From NCBI GenBank assembly GCA_038257535.1, contig JBBSJE010000003.1, forward strand, positions 1,436 to 65,435: a stretch of DNA of 64,000 bases, read 5' to 3'. Positions 36,023 to 45,487 of this stretch are shown here, piece by piece. The stretch is from Polyangia bacterium (GTDB taxonomy: Bacteria; Myxococcota_A; Polyangia; Fen-1088). The position numbers and the translations under genes are program-made. Under the pieces are notes generated by a model. That model was not told where the DNA came from. It made no database searches and saw only the letters and a program-made list of their open reading frames with translations. Numbering within the stretch: the first letter of the stretch is position 1; the number at the start of each line of letters is the position of its first letter.

Positions 36023-36681
36023 GGCGCCACCGCCTTGGATCCGGGATCAGCCTGCACGGCCAAGCCGGCGGGCGTGACATCGTCTCGCAGCTCGTGTGCC
36101 AGGTTTTGCACAAGCTTCAGCAAACGGTTGCGCCAGATATAAACCGCGTTGGCGCTTAAACCCATGGCAACACAGATCTGTTCAACGGGCTCTTGATGGC
36201 AAAGCAACCTGTAGAACAGCTCAAGGCCCAACGGCGAAAGCCGCGCCTGCACCTGCGCCAAGATGATCTCAAGCTCTTGGCGCGAAGCCAGCACGGCGTC
36301 AACCGCCGGGGCCCCCGCGGCGCCGTCCTCAATCTCACTGAGATCGTCGCTTAAGCGTTCAACACCCGGCCGGGTGCGCAAAATCGAAATCGCACGCCGC
36401 TGCGCCACAAGCCCCACAAAGGTGCGCAACGAAGCGCCCTTGCTGGCGTCCCACGTTCGCAGCAAGCGGCCCTCATTTTGAAAAAGCTGCAGCAGAATTT
36501 CCTGCGTCAAATCCTGAACCTCTTGAGCGTGATCAACAATTCCCCCCGCCCGCAAACGCAGCAGCACCAGCCCTGCGCGGTATCTCACCACCGGCGTTAG
36601 CAGCGCGACCAAACGACGCACCGCCACCGGATCGCCCGCAAGGGCGGAGGTCACAACGTGCTGTTCCTCCTGTTCATGCAT
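36019..36681 (-). CDS. ECF-type RNA polymerase sigma-70 family factor
   Basis: Region 2 (VQDLTQEILLQLFQ...LRTFVGLVAQRRAISILR) and region 4 HTH (VEQICVAMGLSANAVYIWRNRLLKLV). Confidence 0.85.
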   Translation of the reverse strand: MHEQEEQHVVTSALAGDPVAVRRLVALLTPVVRYRAGLVLLRLRAGGIVDHAQEVQDLTQEILLQLFQNEGRLLRTWDASKGASLRTFVGLVAQRRAISILRTRPGVERLSDDLSEIEDGAAGAPAVDAVLASRQELEIILAQVQARLSPLGLELFYRLLCHQEPVEQICVAMGLSANAVYIWRNRLLKLVQNLAHELRDDVTPAGLAVQADPGSKAVAP

Positions 36682-36756
36682 CCAGGGCGCATCATTGCAT
36701 TGCAGGCCCCAGATGCAACTTCAACAAATCCGCCTTCCTTTTTGGCCTTCCCCTTG

Positions 36757-37167
36757 TTACCCCCCCTTGCCCGGTGATGGCGTTCGCGGATTCGCAAGCT
36801 GGCACTGGTAAAGCGCGTCTTGTTCGGGCCGACAAAGCTCCTGCTTGATCGCCACCATCGACAAAAAGCAAAACCAGGGCTCTGGGTGCTGCATGAGGCA
36901 GAGATCCAGAGCCGTGCCTGGCCCCCCGCATACCCCTTCATTGGCGGGAACACACATTTGCAGGCACTCCTGCAGCGTGTCGGTGGCGCACGCAACCTGA
37001 AGTTTTGCCGTGCATTTGTCATGACACAACGCCGCGATGTTCATGCCGGCATCGGCGCCCGCATCCATCTGCGGCGCAGTGGCGACACCGTCGCAAGCCG
37101 CCCCCATCGTCACCATACCCACAAGGGCAAGTCGGAGGGGCAACGGCAAAGGCAACATGGGGCACAA
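36757..37167 (-). CDS. Small exported Cys-rich protein (CX3C...C...CX3C framework)
   Basis: 136 aa with an N-terminal hydrophobic signal ending ..MGAAC, and 12 Cys in the mature part including CHDKC and CLQMC. It lies 13 nt downstream of the 954-aa-ORF S8 gene. Confidence 0.6.
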   Translation of the reverse strand: MCPMLPLPLPLRLALVGMVTMGAACDGVATAPQMDAGADAGMNIAALCHDKCTAKLQVACATDTLQECLQMCVPANEGVCGGPGTALDLCLMQHPEPWFCFLSMVAIKQELCRPEQDALYQCQLANPRTPSPGKGG

Positions 37168-37180
37168 ACCCTCCTGACGA

Positions 37181-39988
37181 CTAGCGATTGATCACAGCAA
37201 TCACTTCGGTGTGCGTGAGTAAACCGCTGCCGTTCCAAGTCACCACCCAGTTGGTAAGACTGCTCACATACAAGTTGTCGACCCCCGACAAATAAACCAA
37301 GAAGCGGGAATTGTTTGTGGGCACGGGCGTGTAACCGGGGGCGTTGTAAAAAACCAATCGCGTGTCAACAGGCTGAAATGGACGCTGCAAATGCACCTGG
37401 GTTGCGTAGATTTGCGTGTCTTGGGGTGCATCGTAGGCACCCGCAAAGTAGCCAAAGCGAAAGCCGAGGTTGTAGATGTCAAGCGTGCAGTAGCCCGGTA
37501 AGCAGCCAAAAGGTGAAGGTGCAGGCCGAATCCACGGCGCCAGGTGCAGGCCCCAAACCGGAGCGCCGCCGGGCGGAATCGGCGACACATCGCTTTCGTC
37601 CATGCCCGCGGCCAAACCATCGGGCATGGTGGGAACATCGGGCTCGGCCACCCTCGGAGGGCATTGCCAGGGCGCGCGCCCCAAAGCCACGCCGGCCGCG
37701 GACACCGCCTGACAAAACTGCACGCTGCGGGTGCGGCGGCACGTGTGATCAACGCAGCCGGGACGCGCAAAGTCGGCGTTGGAGAAATCAAGCAGATCCA
37801 CCGCCCCCGTATAAAGCAGCGTTGTAAATCCCGTATCGTAAAGCCACTGCATCACCTGAAATGAATCCACGTTGCGGTTCACGGCCCACGCCGCTGCAGC
37901 CACGCCGCTGACGGTGGCCGCCGCCATCGAGCTGCCGCTTAAGGTCATCGTATGCGAAGGGCCGCCGCTACGTGATTCAGACGTGACCACGCCCATGCCC
38001 GCGCCCGCCAACCGGGCTTTGCCCTCGGCGCGGGAGTTGCCCAAGATCAAGTGTCCTTGGCCCGCGCCCATCGCCGCAAACACAAGCGGGCGGTAGGCGG
38101 CTGAGCTAGGCGAAGGGTTGGCAGCGCCGCGCGTCCATCCGGGGGGCAAAAACGAAGCGCAGCGGGCGGGATCTTCCACCGCAGGAAGCGCCTCCCAGCC
38201 GGCCGGCAAAAACGGCCCTCGATCATAACCGGGGTTGTCCTCGTTGCCCGCGGCCGCCACCACCAAAGCACCCAGGCAAGACGCCCGTTCCAGAGCCACT
38301 TGCACCACCTCTTCAAGCAGCGCCGGCTCATCACGCGGGCAATCGCCGGGATCGGTGCGCAGATCGCGGAAGTCGTTGAGATAAGGCACATGGCGTTTGT
38401 CCCAACCCAAGCTGAGGTTCATCACCAGAGGCTCGGCGCCGCCATCGGCCACCCAATCATTTAAAGCGGCGTGAATCTGCGTGGCCAAGCCTTGAAAGTC
38501 GGCGTAGTAGCCGCCCCGCTCGCGATCAGGGGGCGCCTCCAAATGCACGCGATCCAGCGTAAGATAGTTGCGAATTTGTTGTGCACACTGCGCGCTGCCA
38601 GGATCCACACACGCCAGATCCGCAATCGTTCGGCCCACGGCGCGGCCATGGCCATAAAGTTCACGGCGGTCGTCATCGTAAGGAAACACAGCCGAATCCA
38701 ACACGGCCACGCGCACCGGGTTGGGCTTTTGCGAAGCCAAGCCGGGCACCCAGCCCGTGCGCTGGCGATGCAGGTCACGCAGGCTTTGCCACACATCTGC
38801 GGGAAGCGCCTCGGCACCTGTGGGCGACAGCGCCGGTTGATCACAGGCAAAACTTGGGCTTCCCAGATCCTTCAACAGTTCATAGTTGGGACTTTGAGCC
38901 GATTGCCAGCGGTAGCCGCAATGAACCTGGGTTGCCTTTGATTTTGGCGCCGTGAACGTGGTGAGGGTTTCGCCCTTCCATTCACCCAACGAAGGGCACG
39001 CCACATCGCCCTTGAAGGGGCCTTGACGCTTCACCAGCACGCTGGGCGAGTTTTTCACATAAGGTGGCATGACGTCGAAGCCCACGCCTTGGGGTTCATG
39101 CAAACGGGTGGGAAACGCAGGCGGCTCACACGTGCATTGACCGTGCTGTTCAACTGGATTCGGCATCGCCGCGCCCACCAGCTTGCCTTGGCAGACCGGG
39201 GGGCCTTGGCAGTCGCTCACGTGCAGGGGAAACGTTAGTTTGGCAGCGGGGCCCTTGCCGTCGCTGGCCTCAACGGTGATGTGATACGTGCCCGGCGCTT
39301 GCGCGGCGAAAACAGCCAGCTTGGGGTCTGAAGCCAAACAAAACGACGGCATTTTTGCGCCTTCGGGGTTAACCGAATATTTCAAGGTGACGGTATCGCC
39401 ATCGGGATCGGACGCGCCCACAACAATCTGCGCCGCCTCGTGGGAACACACAAACTTGCCGCCGCCAATCTGCAAGGAATTGATGCTGGGTTGCGTGTTC
39501 AGGGCCACGGCCACATCAAGGCCGGCGTTCCCCGGCGCAAGACACGTGAGCGCCAACGAAATTTCTGTGGTTGCGGTGGGCACAACAGTGACGCGTTGTT
39601 TGCCCTCTGCACAATTCGGCAGCGGCGCGCCGGCTGCGTCAATCACAACGGCAGTTACATCGTAAGAACCCGCGCGCAGAACAAACAGCGCGTCGGCAAA
39701 CGGCCGCGCAGCCAAGTTTGAGTCTACGGCAGGGGGCAAGCCGTGGTTCTCGAACGGCACCACTTGCGTGTGCTCGCCCGAAGCGCCCACCACCTTCACC
39801 CGCACCGCTTTCGCTCCCGCGGGGATCTGCAATGACATTTGCAACCGCACGGTTCCACGCGAGCCATCCTCAGGCAGCGGCGTCCCTTGCGGTGGCTCAG
39901 CCGATTGACAAGCCAGCACCAAAGCCGCAGCAACCAGCCATTTGGCGGCGAACGTGGCAAACGCTTTTGCAGAATCTAAGCACATCAT
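37181..39988 (-). CDS. Large S8 (subtilisin-like) serine peptidase lipoprotein
   Basis: ORF 37181..40045 trimmed to ATG 39988 (lipobox LVLAC). The triad is VAVLDSA (Asp), YGHGRAVG (His), AAAGNE (oxyanion Asn) and SGSSMAAATVSG (Ser). It has N-terminal Ig-like modules and a ~300-aa C-terminal extension. Confidence 0.85.
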   Translation of the reverse strand: MMCLDSAKAFATFAAKWLVAAALVLACQSAEPPQGTPLPEDGSRGTVRLQMSLQIPAGAKAVRVKVVGASGEHTQVVPFENHGLPPAVDSNLAARPFADALFVLRAGSYDVTAVVIDAAGAPLPNCAEGKQRVTVVPTATTEISLALTCLAPGNAGLDVAVALNTQPSINSLQIGGGKFVCSHEAAQIVVGASDPDGDTVTLKYSVNPEGAKMPSFCLASDPKLAVFAAQAPGTYHITVEASDGKGPAAKLTFPLHVSDCQGPPVCQGKLVGAAMPNPVEQHGQCTCEPPAFPTRLHEPQGVGFDVMPPYVKNSPSVLVKRQGPFKGDVACPSLGEWKGETLTTFTAPKSKATQVHCGYRWQSAQSPNYELLKDLGSPSFACDQPALSPTGAEALPADVWQSLRDLHRQRTGWVPGLASQKPNPVRVAVLDSAVFPYDDDRRELYGHGRAVGRTIADLACVDPGSAQCAQQIRNYLTLDRVHLEAPPDRERGGYYADFQGLATQIHAALNDWVADGGAEPLVMNLSLGWDKRHVPYLNDFRDLRTDPGDCPRDEPALLEEVVQVALERASCLGALVVAAAGNEDNPGYDRGPFLPAGWEALPAVEDPARCASFLPPGWTRGAANPSPSSAAYRPLVFAAMGAGQGHLILGNSRAEGKARLAGAGMGVVTSESRSGGPSHTMTLSGSSMAAATVSGVAAAAWAVNRNVDSFQVMQWLYDTGFTTLLYTGAVDLLDFSNADFARPGCVDHTCRRTRSVQFCQAVSAAGVALGRAPWQCPPRVAEPDVPTMPDGLAAGMDESDVSPIPPGGAPVWGLHLAPWIRPAPSPFGCLPGYCTLDIYNLGFRFGYFAGAYDAPQDTQIYATQVHLQRPFQPVDTRLVFYNAPGYTPVPTNNSRFLVYLSGVDNLYVSSLTNWVVTWNGSGLLTHTEVIAVINR

Positions 39989-40219
39989 CGAACAACTCAC
40001 CTTTCCTTGCTGGCACCGGCTCATCTCGGGGCAGGGCGCAGGCAATCAACCTTATTTGGCGCGAGCCTAGTACACGAAGCCGTTGAGGGGAACCATTGTC
40101 GCGGGCCGCAGCCGTAGCTGGGCAAGATGTTTGCGTTTTTGTCACCGGCGATGGGCGCCACGGCAGCTCCGTGGCGCCCCCCAGGACAGGGCCGCTGGCC
40201 CCAAGCGGTTACGAGTGGG

Positions 40220-43200
40220 TTAGCATAGGGTCCAGATCAGCAGGCGGCGTGACCCCAACGCCGTACGATTGCCGTTGCTGTCAATGGCCACCGCTGTGAT
40301 GACATGCTCCGTGCCAAAGCAAGAATTGCTAAAGAGCCGCACCGTTAACCGCGTGCCTGTGCCCAGAAGCTCGGCCTGCACGCCCGTTTGGTTGGTTCTC
40401 CATTCGATCGCAGCGCCAGCCAGAACACCATCTTCAACATCCGTTGCGAAGGCTTCAAGTTGCACGTCTTTGAACCACATTCCCGATGCGTCATCAAAGC
40501 CATCGTAAACGTAGTCGGGATTGTCTCTGCCCGAGTCGCCCGTGGGCCTGATGATGTTGCCCGTAGGCACGTTGGCGGTGCAGGGACGAGCGGTTAGCCG
40601 GATCACATCAAGGCTTGCCGGATCGCCGTACACCTGTACCGTCACATCATGCACACCGGGCGCAAACCGACGCACCAGTGGATTGCCATTGCCCAGCGTC
40701 ATCGACCCGTTCGACCACTGATAAGCGCCACCGGCAACCACCAGCGGTGAACCGGTAAACTCGGCTCGCGCCCGCAACGTAACATCGGCATCTGAACACA
40801 CTTCGTGTTCGTCGGCGTCTAAAGGCTGCAAAATGCGCACCGTGGGAACCGCTGGGCGCGTGATCATCCGCAGCTTATAGACGTTGTCATTCTCGATTGA
40901 TCCCTGCACCGAGAACACAACGCGTGCGCCTGCGTTGGCAACAACCCGGTACACCACATTGCCAGACCCACGGCTAACAACACGCAGCCCTTCACCCTGG
41001 AGCAACAAAGACCCAAACGAATCTGGGTATGAAAGCGTGATGTCCGCCTCCATGGGCCGCGCGCCCGCAGGCATGTTGAAGGCGTAGAAGTCCACATCAG
41101 GCACCGGCGCGAAGGGGCCCTCGCCCCGCAGGGTCACGATGGTTCCCGTGCGCTCAACACCCGCCACCAACGGCAAAGCTTGTGCGGGCGTGTCGTTAGG
41201 CGCATCTTGCTCACTGAAGCCCAATGAGGTGTCGTATCCCAAGGCGGCCAGATTGGGCACAGAGCTTCCTGCGGCCGCCATCACTGTTGCCAAGGGGTTA
41301 ACCAATCGCGGACGCACTGCAGGTTGATTGGAAAAACCGCCTGCAACCAATTGCGCGTTGGTGAAGCTGTTGCTGCGAATGAGCGTTCGAATGCGCTCCA
41401 CAATGGTTCGCTTCTGCGCATCTGTTAGCCCCGGTGTGTTGGGGTTCAGCTCGGTGTTCGCAGCCTGCATAACGGCAATCAAACCCGTTACGTAAGGCGC
41501 AGCCGCGCTGGTGCCCCCAATGGTGTTTGCAACCAAAGGTGATCCAGGGTTGTTCACATCGTTGGGCGCAAAGTAGGCTGATCGAATGGGCGCCCAAACA
41601 TCAACCGTGTTGCCAAAGAAGTGCACGTTGTTCAGATTTTCATCAACGGCCCCCACCGAAATGGTGTGCGGCAGCACGGCCGGCATCACGCGCCAGTCAT
41701 CAGAGTTGCGGTTGCTCAGATCCACCAAGTCGCGGATGACTTCAGGCAGCGATTCGCGCGACAAGGCGTTGCCTGAGCTAACCACCACCGGCACGCCGCG
41801 GCTGTGCGCGAAGCGCGCACCCACATCCATCGGCCCCGCTAGGTTGCCGAACGCCAGCGTGGACAAACACGCGGATGTTGCCGCCACCACAGCACCTGTG
41901 GCCGCGCCACACGCTATGGCGCCAACAAAAGGAATCCAACCGGTGGCCGCACACACCGCGGCTGCCGCGGAAGCGGCCGCGGCGGTTACAACGCCGCAAA
42001 TGCCCAAGCGTCCGGCCCCCGAACAAATGTCGAAGTCGGGGCCGAAATTCATCATGATGCGACAGGGGTAGCCGCCACTGATGTTGATGCAGGACGCGCC
42101 ATCGTTGGTGGCTCGCCGCATGCCGGCGCCCACCTCGAACACATACGCCATGGCATCGTACTTATAGAGCATCGGCACGGCCACCTGTCCCGCCACACCA
42201 GCGGCACCAAAGCCGTTGTTCACCACACCGCCCATCGTCGTCACCACGCCGGTGCCGTGCCAGGATCGGTCGCCAAAGAAGCTGTTGCCCACCGTGGGCG
42301 ATCCTTGCGCACGGCCGGGGCCGCATACCGGACCCGCAGAGCTCGTCATGTCGCATTCACGCATGGGGCCCGAAGCGGGCGCGCGAAAATCTGCGTTGGG
42401 GGCAAAGCCCATATCCAACACGGCCACGTTCACGCGAGAGGTGTCCTTGTCCCACAACGCGGTCCACGACCACAAGGCGGGCACGTTTTCAAAACACGGG
42501 CGCGTGGCGTCGCCCGGACGGCAGCCGGGTGTCAACTTCATCGTATGCGTCACAGCATCGTTCTCGGTGGTTGAGATGGTGGGGGCCGCTTGGTATTGCA
42601 GGCGCGGGTTCACCGCCACCGCCCAGCCGTCCAACCTCCAGGTGATCACCTGCGCCACCAAAGACGCCACCTGGGCGTTGCTCACAAGCAAAGGCTGCGA
42701 TTCGCCCAAGAATGCATCAAGCGTGGCCAAGCGGCGGCCCGACTCGGCTTTGGGGCTTACCTTCACGAGCGCCACTTGCGCGTAAGAGGGCGCATTGTTG
42801 TCGCTTGGATCCAGTTCCTGTTTGGCAACCACCTCGCCGCCACTCATGGCAACGAAAGCTTGCAGTTCGGCATCGTTGCGCACCCATACCATCACCTCTT
42901 CGGACGCGATCTGAACAGGCATGCCGCCTGAACGCAAAAGCGTGCCGGCCGGCTTGGCTTGGTTCGCGGTTTCGTCATCGGTCAATGCCAAGCGGGGCTC
43001 CACTGCGGGCGCAACGGCGTTTGGGTTGTCCAAGAATGCCACGTCGCTAAAATGATCAACGCCCAGGTTCGCAAGCTGGGGCTGTGTTTTGTCGGGGAAA
43101 TACATCGCGAACAGCGCCTGACCCGCGCCCACCACAAGCTTGCCATCAGCAGGCGTGGGCTCGCCCTCGGCATGAAGCGTAAAGCCCGTTTCGCCTTGGT

Positions 43201-44248
43201 ACGTGCCCGTGCCGGTGCGGCTCAACGTTACCGGCTCCACGTCTTTTGTGCCGGGCACCGACAGCACCACGTCCATGGTTTCGGCGCCGGTGTCATATGA
43301 ACCCATGTTGAGGCTCACCGAAGCGGACGCTGCTTCCGCATAAAACACCCGATCAAGTTTGATCTCCACACCGGTAAGCGTCTTGGCCGGCGTGGTGGTG
43401 TTGGTGTTCCCGCACGAACATTCGCCAGCGCTGGCAGCGGGCGGTTGCTTCAACGCGGTTTGCGCGGCCTCCCCTAAACATTGAGGGGCGTCACCACAAT
43501 CTGAAATATAAACCGGGAAGGTCAAAGCGGTGCCGTGCGCGCCTTCGCCCACCTGCACGCGCAGCTCATATTTTCCCGGCACCGACGCCGTGAAGGCCAC
43601 CCGCGAGCCAGCCCACGTCAGGCAATGGTTGAAATCCGTTGCCCCTTGCGGCACCTGCACCACAGACCAATTCCAAGCATGGGCCACATCGGGATCTTGC
43701 AACGCAATCGTGCCGGCAAAAGCCTCGTTGGAGCACACAAACTTGCTGCCATCCAGATCGATGCCTGCGATGACAGGGCCTTTGGCGAACACCAAGGTGG
43801 CGTCAAGCGCCCCGTTCGCCTCAGCACCACAACGTGCAACCAGCAGCACTTCCGTTGTGGAGGCGGGCATCACGTGGGCCTGCGTTTTCGCCAACGAGCA
43901 GGCTTCTGAGGCTTGGCCGTTGGGGCCCAGCGGGGTGGCTTCAACGTCGTAAACGCCCTGCGGCAGCACCACCAACCAATCGGCAAAGCGAGAGCCGGCG
44001 TGCGCGGTGTCCCTCGCGGCCGGCAGGGGTTCGGCTTCAAGAGGAATCACCGCCGACGTCACCTGGCCGGCCGCGTTGGTGGCCGAAAACGCCACGCCCG
44101 ACACCTCAAACTCGGGCGAAATGCTGGTAAGCGCCAGCTTCATACTGCCCACCGCGTCAGGAGGCTGTTTGGGCCCCGAAGGGCCGGTGTTGCACGCAAA
44201 CATCAGAAAAAGCGGGGCCCAGGCCGCCGCACGCAAAGTTGGTTTCAT
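40220..44248 (-). CDS. Giant S8 (subtilisin-like) serine peptidase lipoprotein with an insertion in the catalytic domain
   Basis: ORF 40220..44266 trimmed to ATG 44248 (MKPTLRAAAWAPLFLMFAC lipobox). The triad is VAVLDMG (Asp), SWHGTGV (His), VSSGN (Asn) and GGTSAAAPYVTG (Ser). The N-terminal modules are homologous to those of the 37181-39988 protein. Confidence 0.88.
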   Translation of the reverse strand: MKPTLRAAAWAPLFLMFACNTGPSGPKQPPDAVGSMKLALTSISPEFEVSGVAFSATNAAGQVTSAVIPLEAEPLPAARDTAHAGSRFADWLVVLPQGVYDVEATPLGPNGQASEACSLAKTQAHVMPASTTEVLLVARCGAEANGALDATLVFAKGPVIAGIDLDGSKFVCSNEAFAGTIALQDPDVAHAWNWSVVQVPQGATDFNHCLTWAGSRVAFTASVPGKYELRVQVGEGAHGTALTFPVYISDCGDAPQCLGEAAQTALKQPPAASAGECSCGNTNTTTPAKTLTGVEIKLDRVFYAEAASASVSLNMGSYDTGAETMDVVLSVPGTKDVEPVTLSRTGTGTYQGETGFTLHAEGEPTPADGKLVVGAGQALFAMYFPDKTQPQLANLGVDHFSDVAFLDNPNAVAPAVEPRLALTDDETANQAKPAGTLLRSGGMPVQIASEEVMVWVRNDAELQAFVAMSGGEVVAKQELDPSDNNAPSYAQVALVKVSPKAESGRRLATLDAFLGESQPLLVSNAQVASLVAQVITWRLDGWAVAVNPRLQYQAAPTISTTENDAVTHTMKLTPGCRPGDATRPCFENVPALWSWTALWDKDTSRVNVAVLDMGFAPNADFRAPASGPMRECDMTSSAGPVCGPGRAQGSPTVGNSFFGDRSWHGTGVVTTMGGVVNNGFGAAGVAGQVAVPMLYKYDAMAYVFEVGAGMRRATNDGASCINISGGYPCRIMMNFGPDFDICSGAGRLGICGVVTAAAASAAAAVCAATGWIPFVGAIACGAATGAVVAATSACLSTLAFGNLAGPMDVGARFAHSRGVPVVVSSGNALSRESLPEVIRDLVDLSNRNSDDWRVMPAVLPHTISVGAVDENLNNVHFFGNTVDVWAPIRSAYFAPNDVNNPGSPLVANTIGGTSAAAPYVTGLIAVMQAANTELNPNTPGLTDAQKRTIVERIRTLIRSNSFTNAQLVAGGFSNQPAVRPRLVNPLATVMAAAGSSVPNLAALGYDTSLGFSEQDAPNDTPAQALPLVAGVERTGTIVTLRGEGPFAPVPDVDFYAFNMPAGARPMEADITLSYPDSFGSLLLQGEGLRVVSRGSGNVVYRVVANAGARVVFSVQGSIENDNVYKLRMITRPAVPTVRILQPLDADEHEVCSDADVTLRARAEFTGSPLVVAGGAYQWSNGSMTLGNGNPLVRRFAPGVHDVTVQVYGDPASLDVIRLTARPCTANVPTGNIIRPTGDSGRDNPDYVYDGFDDASGMWFKDVQLEAFATDVEDGVLAGAAIEWRTNQTGVQAELLGTGTRLTVRLFSNSCFGTEHVITAVAIDSNGNRTALGSRRLLIWTLC

Positions 44249-44438
44249 GTCCATTCTCCCGTTCATGTGAAAAAAACGCCGTCGGAATGGCTTTCACGGG
44301 AAGGGAGCGAAATCTTTCAAGCGCGGGCAAAAGAAGTTTCAAAAAGGCGCAACACTTGCGGTTTCACGGCGGCGACAAGTTACAAGCCAGCTTCGCATAT
44401 TGACCTTCCTGGCGTTTGCACGCAGGCTTCGGCCAACC

Positions 44439-45080
44439 ATGGCAAAGTCAGGTCTTTCGAGAGGTCTTCACCCGCTTATCGTTGTATTGGTCTTGGCCGG
44501 CGTCAGCTCGGTTGTTGGGGTGGTCGCCTGCTCGGGCGATGACGACGACGCAAAGGCGCTGTGCGTGCAAGGCTGCGACAAACTGGTTTCCTGCAACCCT
44601 CAGCTTCAAGGGTTCGTGGGCTCGTGCAAGACCCGATGTGAACAGCCCGCCGAGGGCGCTTCAAACCAGCGGTGCGCCAACGAAGCGGCCATTGTGTCGA
44701 AGTATAAGGAATGCTTGTCAACGGCGTGCCCGCAGTTTGAGGGCTGCCTTGGGGCCATTCCCGCGTGCCAGGGTAACAGCACCTCGGGTACGGGCGGCAC
44801 AACAGGAGCGGGTGGCACACAGGGAATGGGCGGCACAACAGGCACCGGGGGTGTACCGGGCACCGGCGGCATGAGCGGCTCTACAGACTGCAGCGTGTGC
44901 ACGAAGGCGGATGCTTGCTGTACGGCGTTTGCGGCGCTGTCCAACGCGGGCACCGGGGCCTGCACTTTGGAACAAGCTTGTGCAACTTCCGGCGGAAACG
45001 CATCGACCGTCGTTGAAACCTGCACCTTGTTGATAACAAACATAGCTCAGGCCGCGCCCGATTTGGCGGCGTGTAAATAA
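44439..45080 (+). CDS. Cys-rich lipoprotein (CX3C...C...CX3C framework, Gly/Thr-rich linker, second Cys-rich half)
   Basis: ORF 44400..45080 trimmed to ATG 44439; the lipobox is VVACSG. It has CVQGC ... CKTRC, the linker GTGGTTGAGGTQGMGGTTGTGGVPGTGG, and then 9 further Cys. Confidence 0.7.
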   Translation: MAKSGLSRGLHPLIVVLVLAGVSSVVGVVACSGDDDDAKALCVQGCDKLVSCNPQLQGFVGSCKTRCEQPAEGASNQRCANEAAIVSKYKECLSTACPQFEGCLGAIPACQGNSTSGTGGTTGAGGTQGMGGTTGTGGVPGTGGMSGSTDCSVCTKADACCTAFAALSNAGTGACTLEQACATSGGNASTVVETCTLLITNIAQAAPDLAACK

Positions 45081-45100
45081 AGCCGTTCTTTCGAGCGGCT
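45081..45100 (+). terminator. 8-bp hairpin with tetraloop directly after the stop codon
   Basis: agccgttc-tttc-gagcggct (one G-U pair). No T-tract follows, so function is uncertain. Confidence 0.3.
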
Positions 45101-45487
45101 GGTGCATGGGCCAGCCTTGTAGCAGACCCATGCGTTGCCGCTGCAGATCCCTTAGCCGCGTGGTTGCGGACGTGACACGGCGTTAACCGTGCTGCCCGTT
45201 GTGGTTCCTCAAAACCCCATCCACCACGGAATGATTGAATTTTTCGGCAAGGCCGTCAAGCTCCTCCGGCTCGATGCTGCACCTACTTCTTGCACTGCTC
45301 GCCACAGCAAGGTCGAGCCTCAAGCCGCAACGGGACCTCGCCCTGAGAACCTAGCGCCTCGCCAGCAGTTCCGCGCGCACGCATTTGTCGTTGGCCAAGG
45401 ATGCCCCTGTGCCCCGGCCCGTCGTGACCAATAGCCATGGTCACATGGTTGGCTTGCCTGAGCGGCATCTCTCGACTCAAGCCAAAC

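Noticed and set aside
45101-45487. 408-nt gap between convergent genes, with ORFs 45189..45434 (+) and 45283..45654 (-)
   Set aside because: The translations are Arg/Pro/Ala-rich with no motif. The minus-strand ORF overlaps the RCC1 gene end. I saw no convincing RNA structure beyond the hairpin at 45081-45100. The region is left unannotated.
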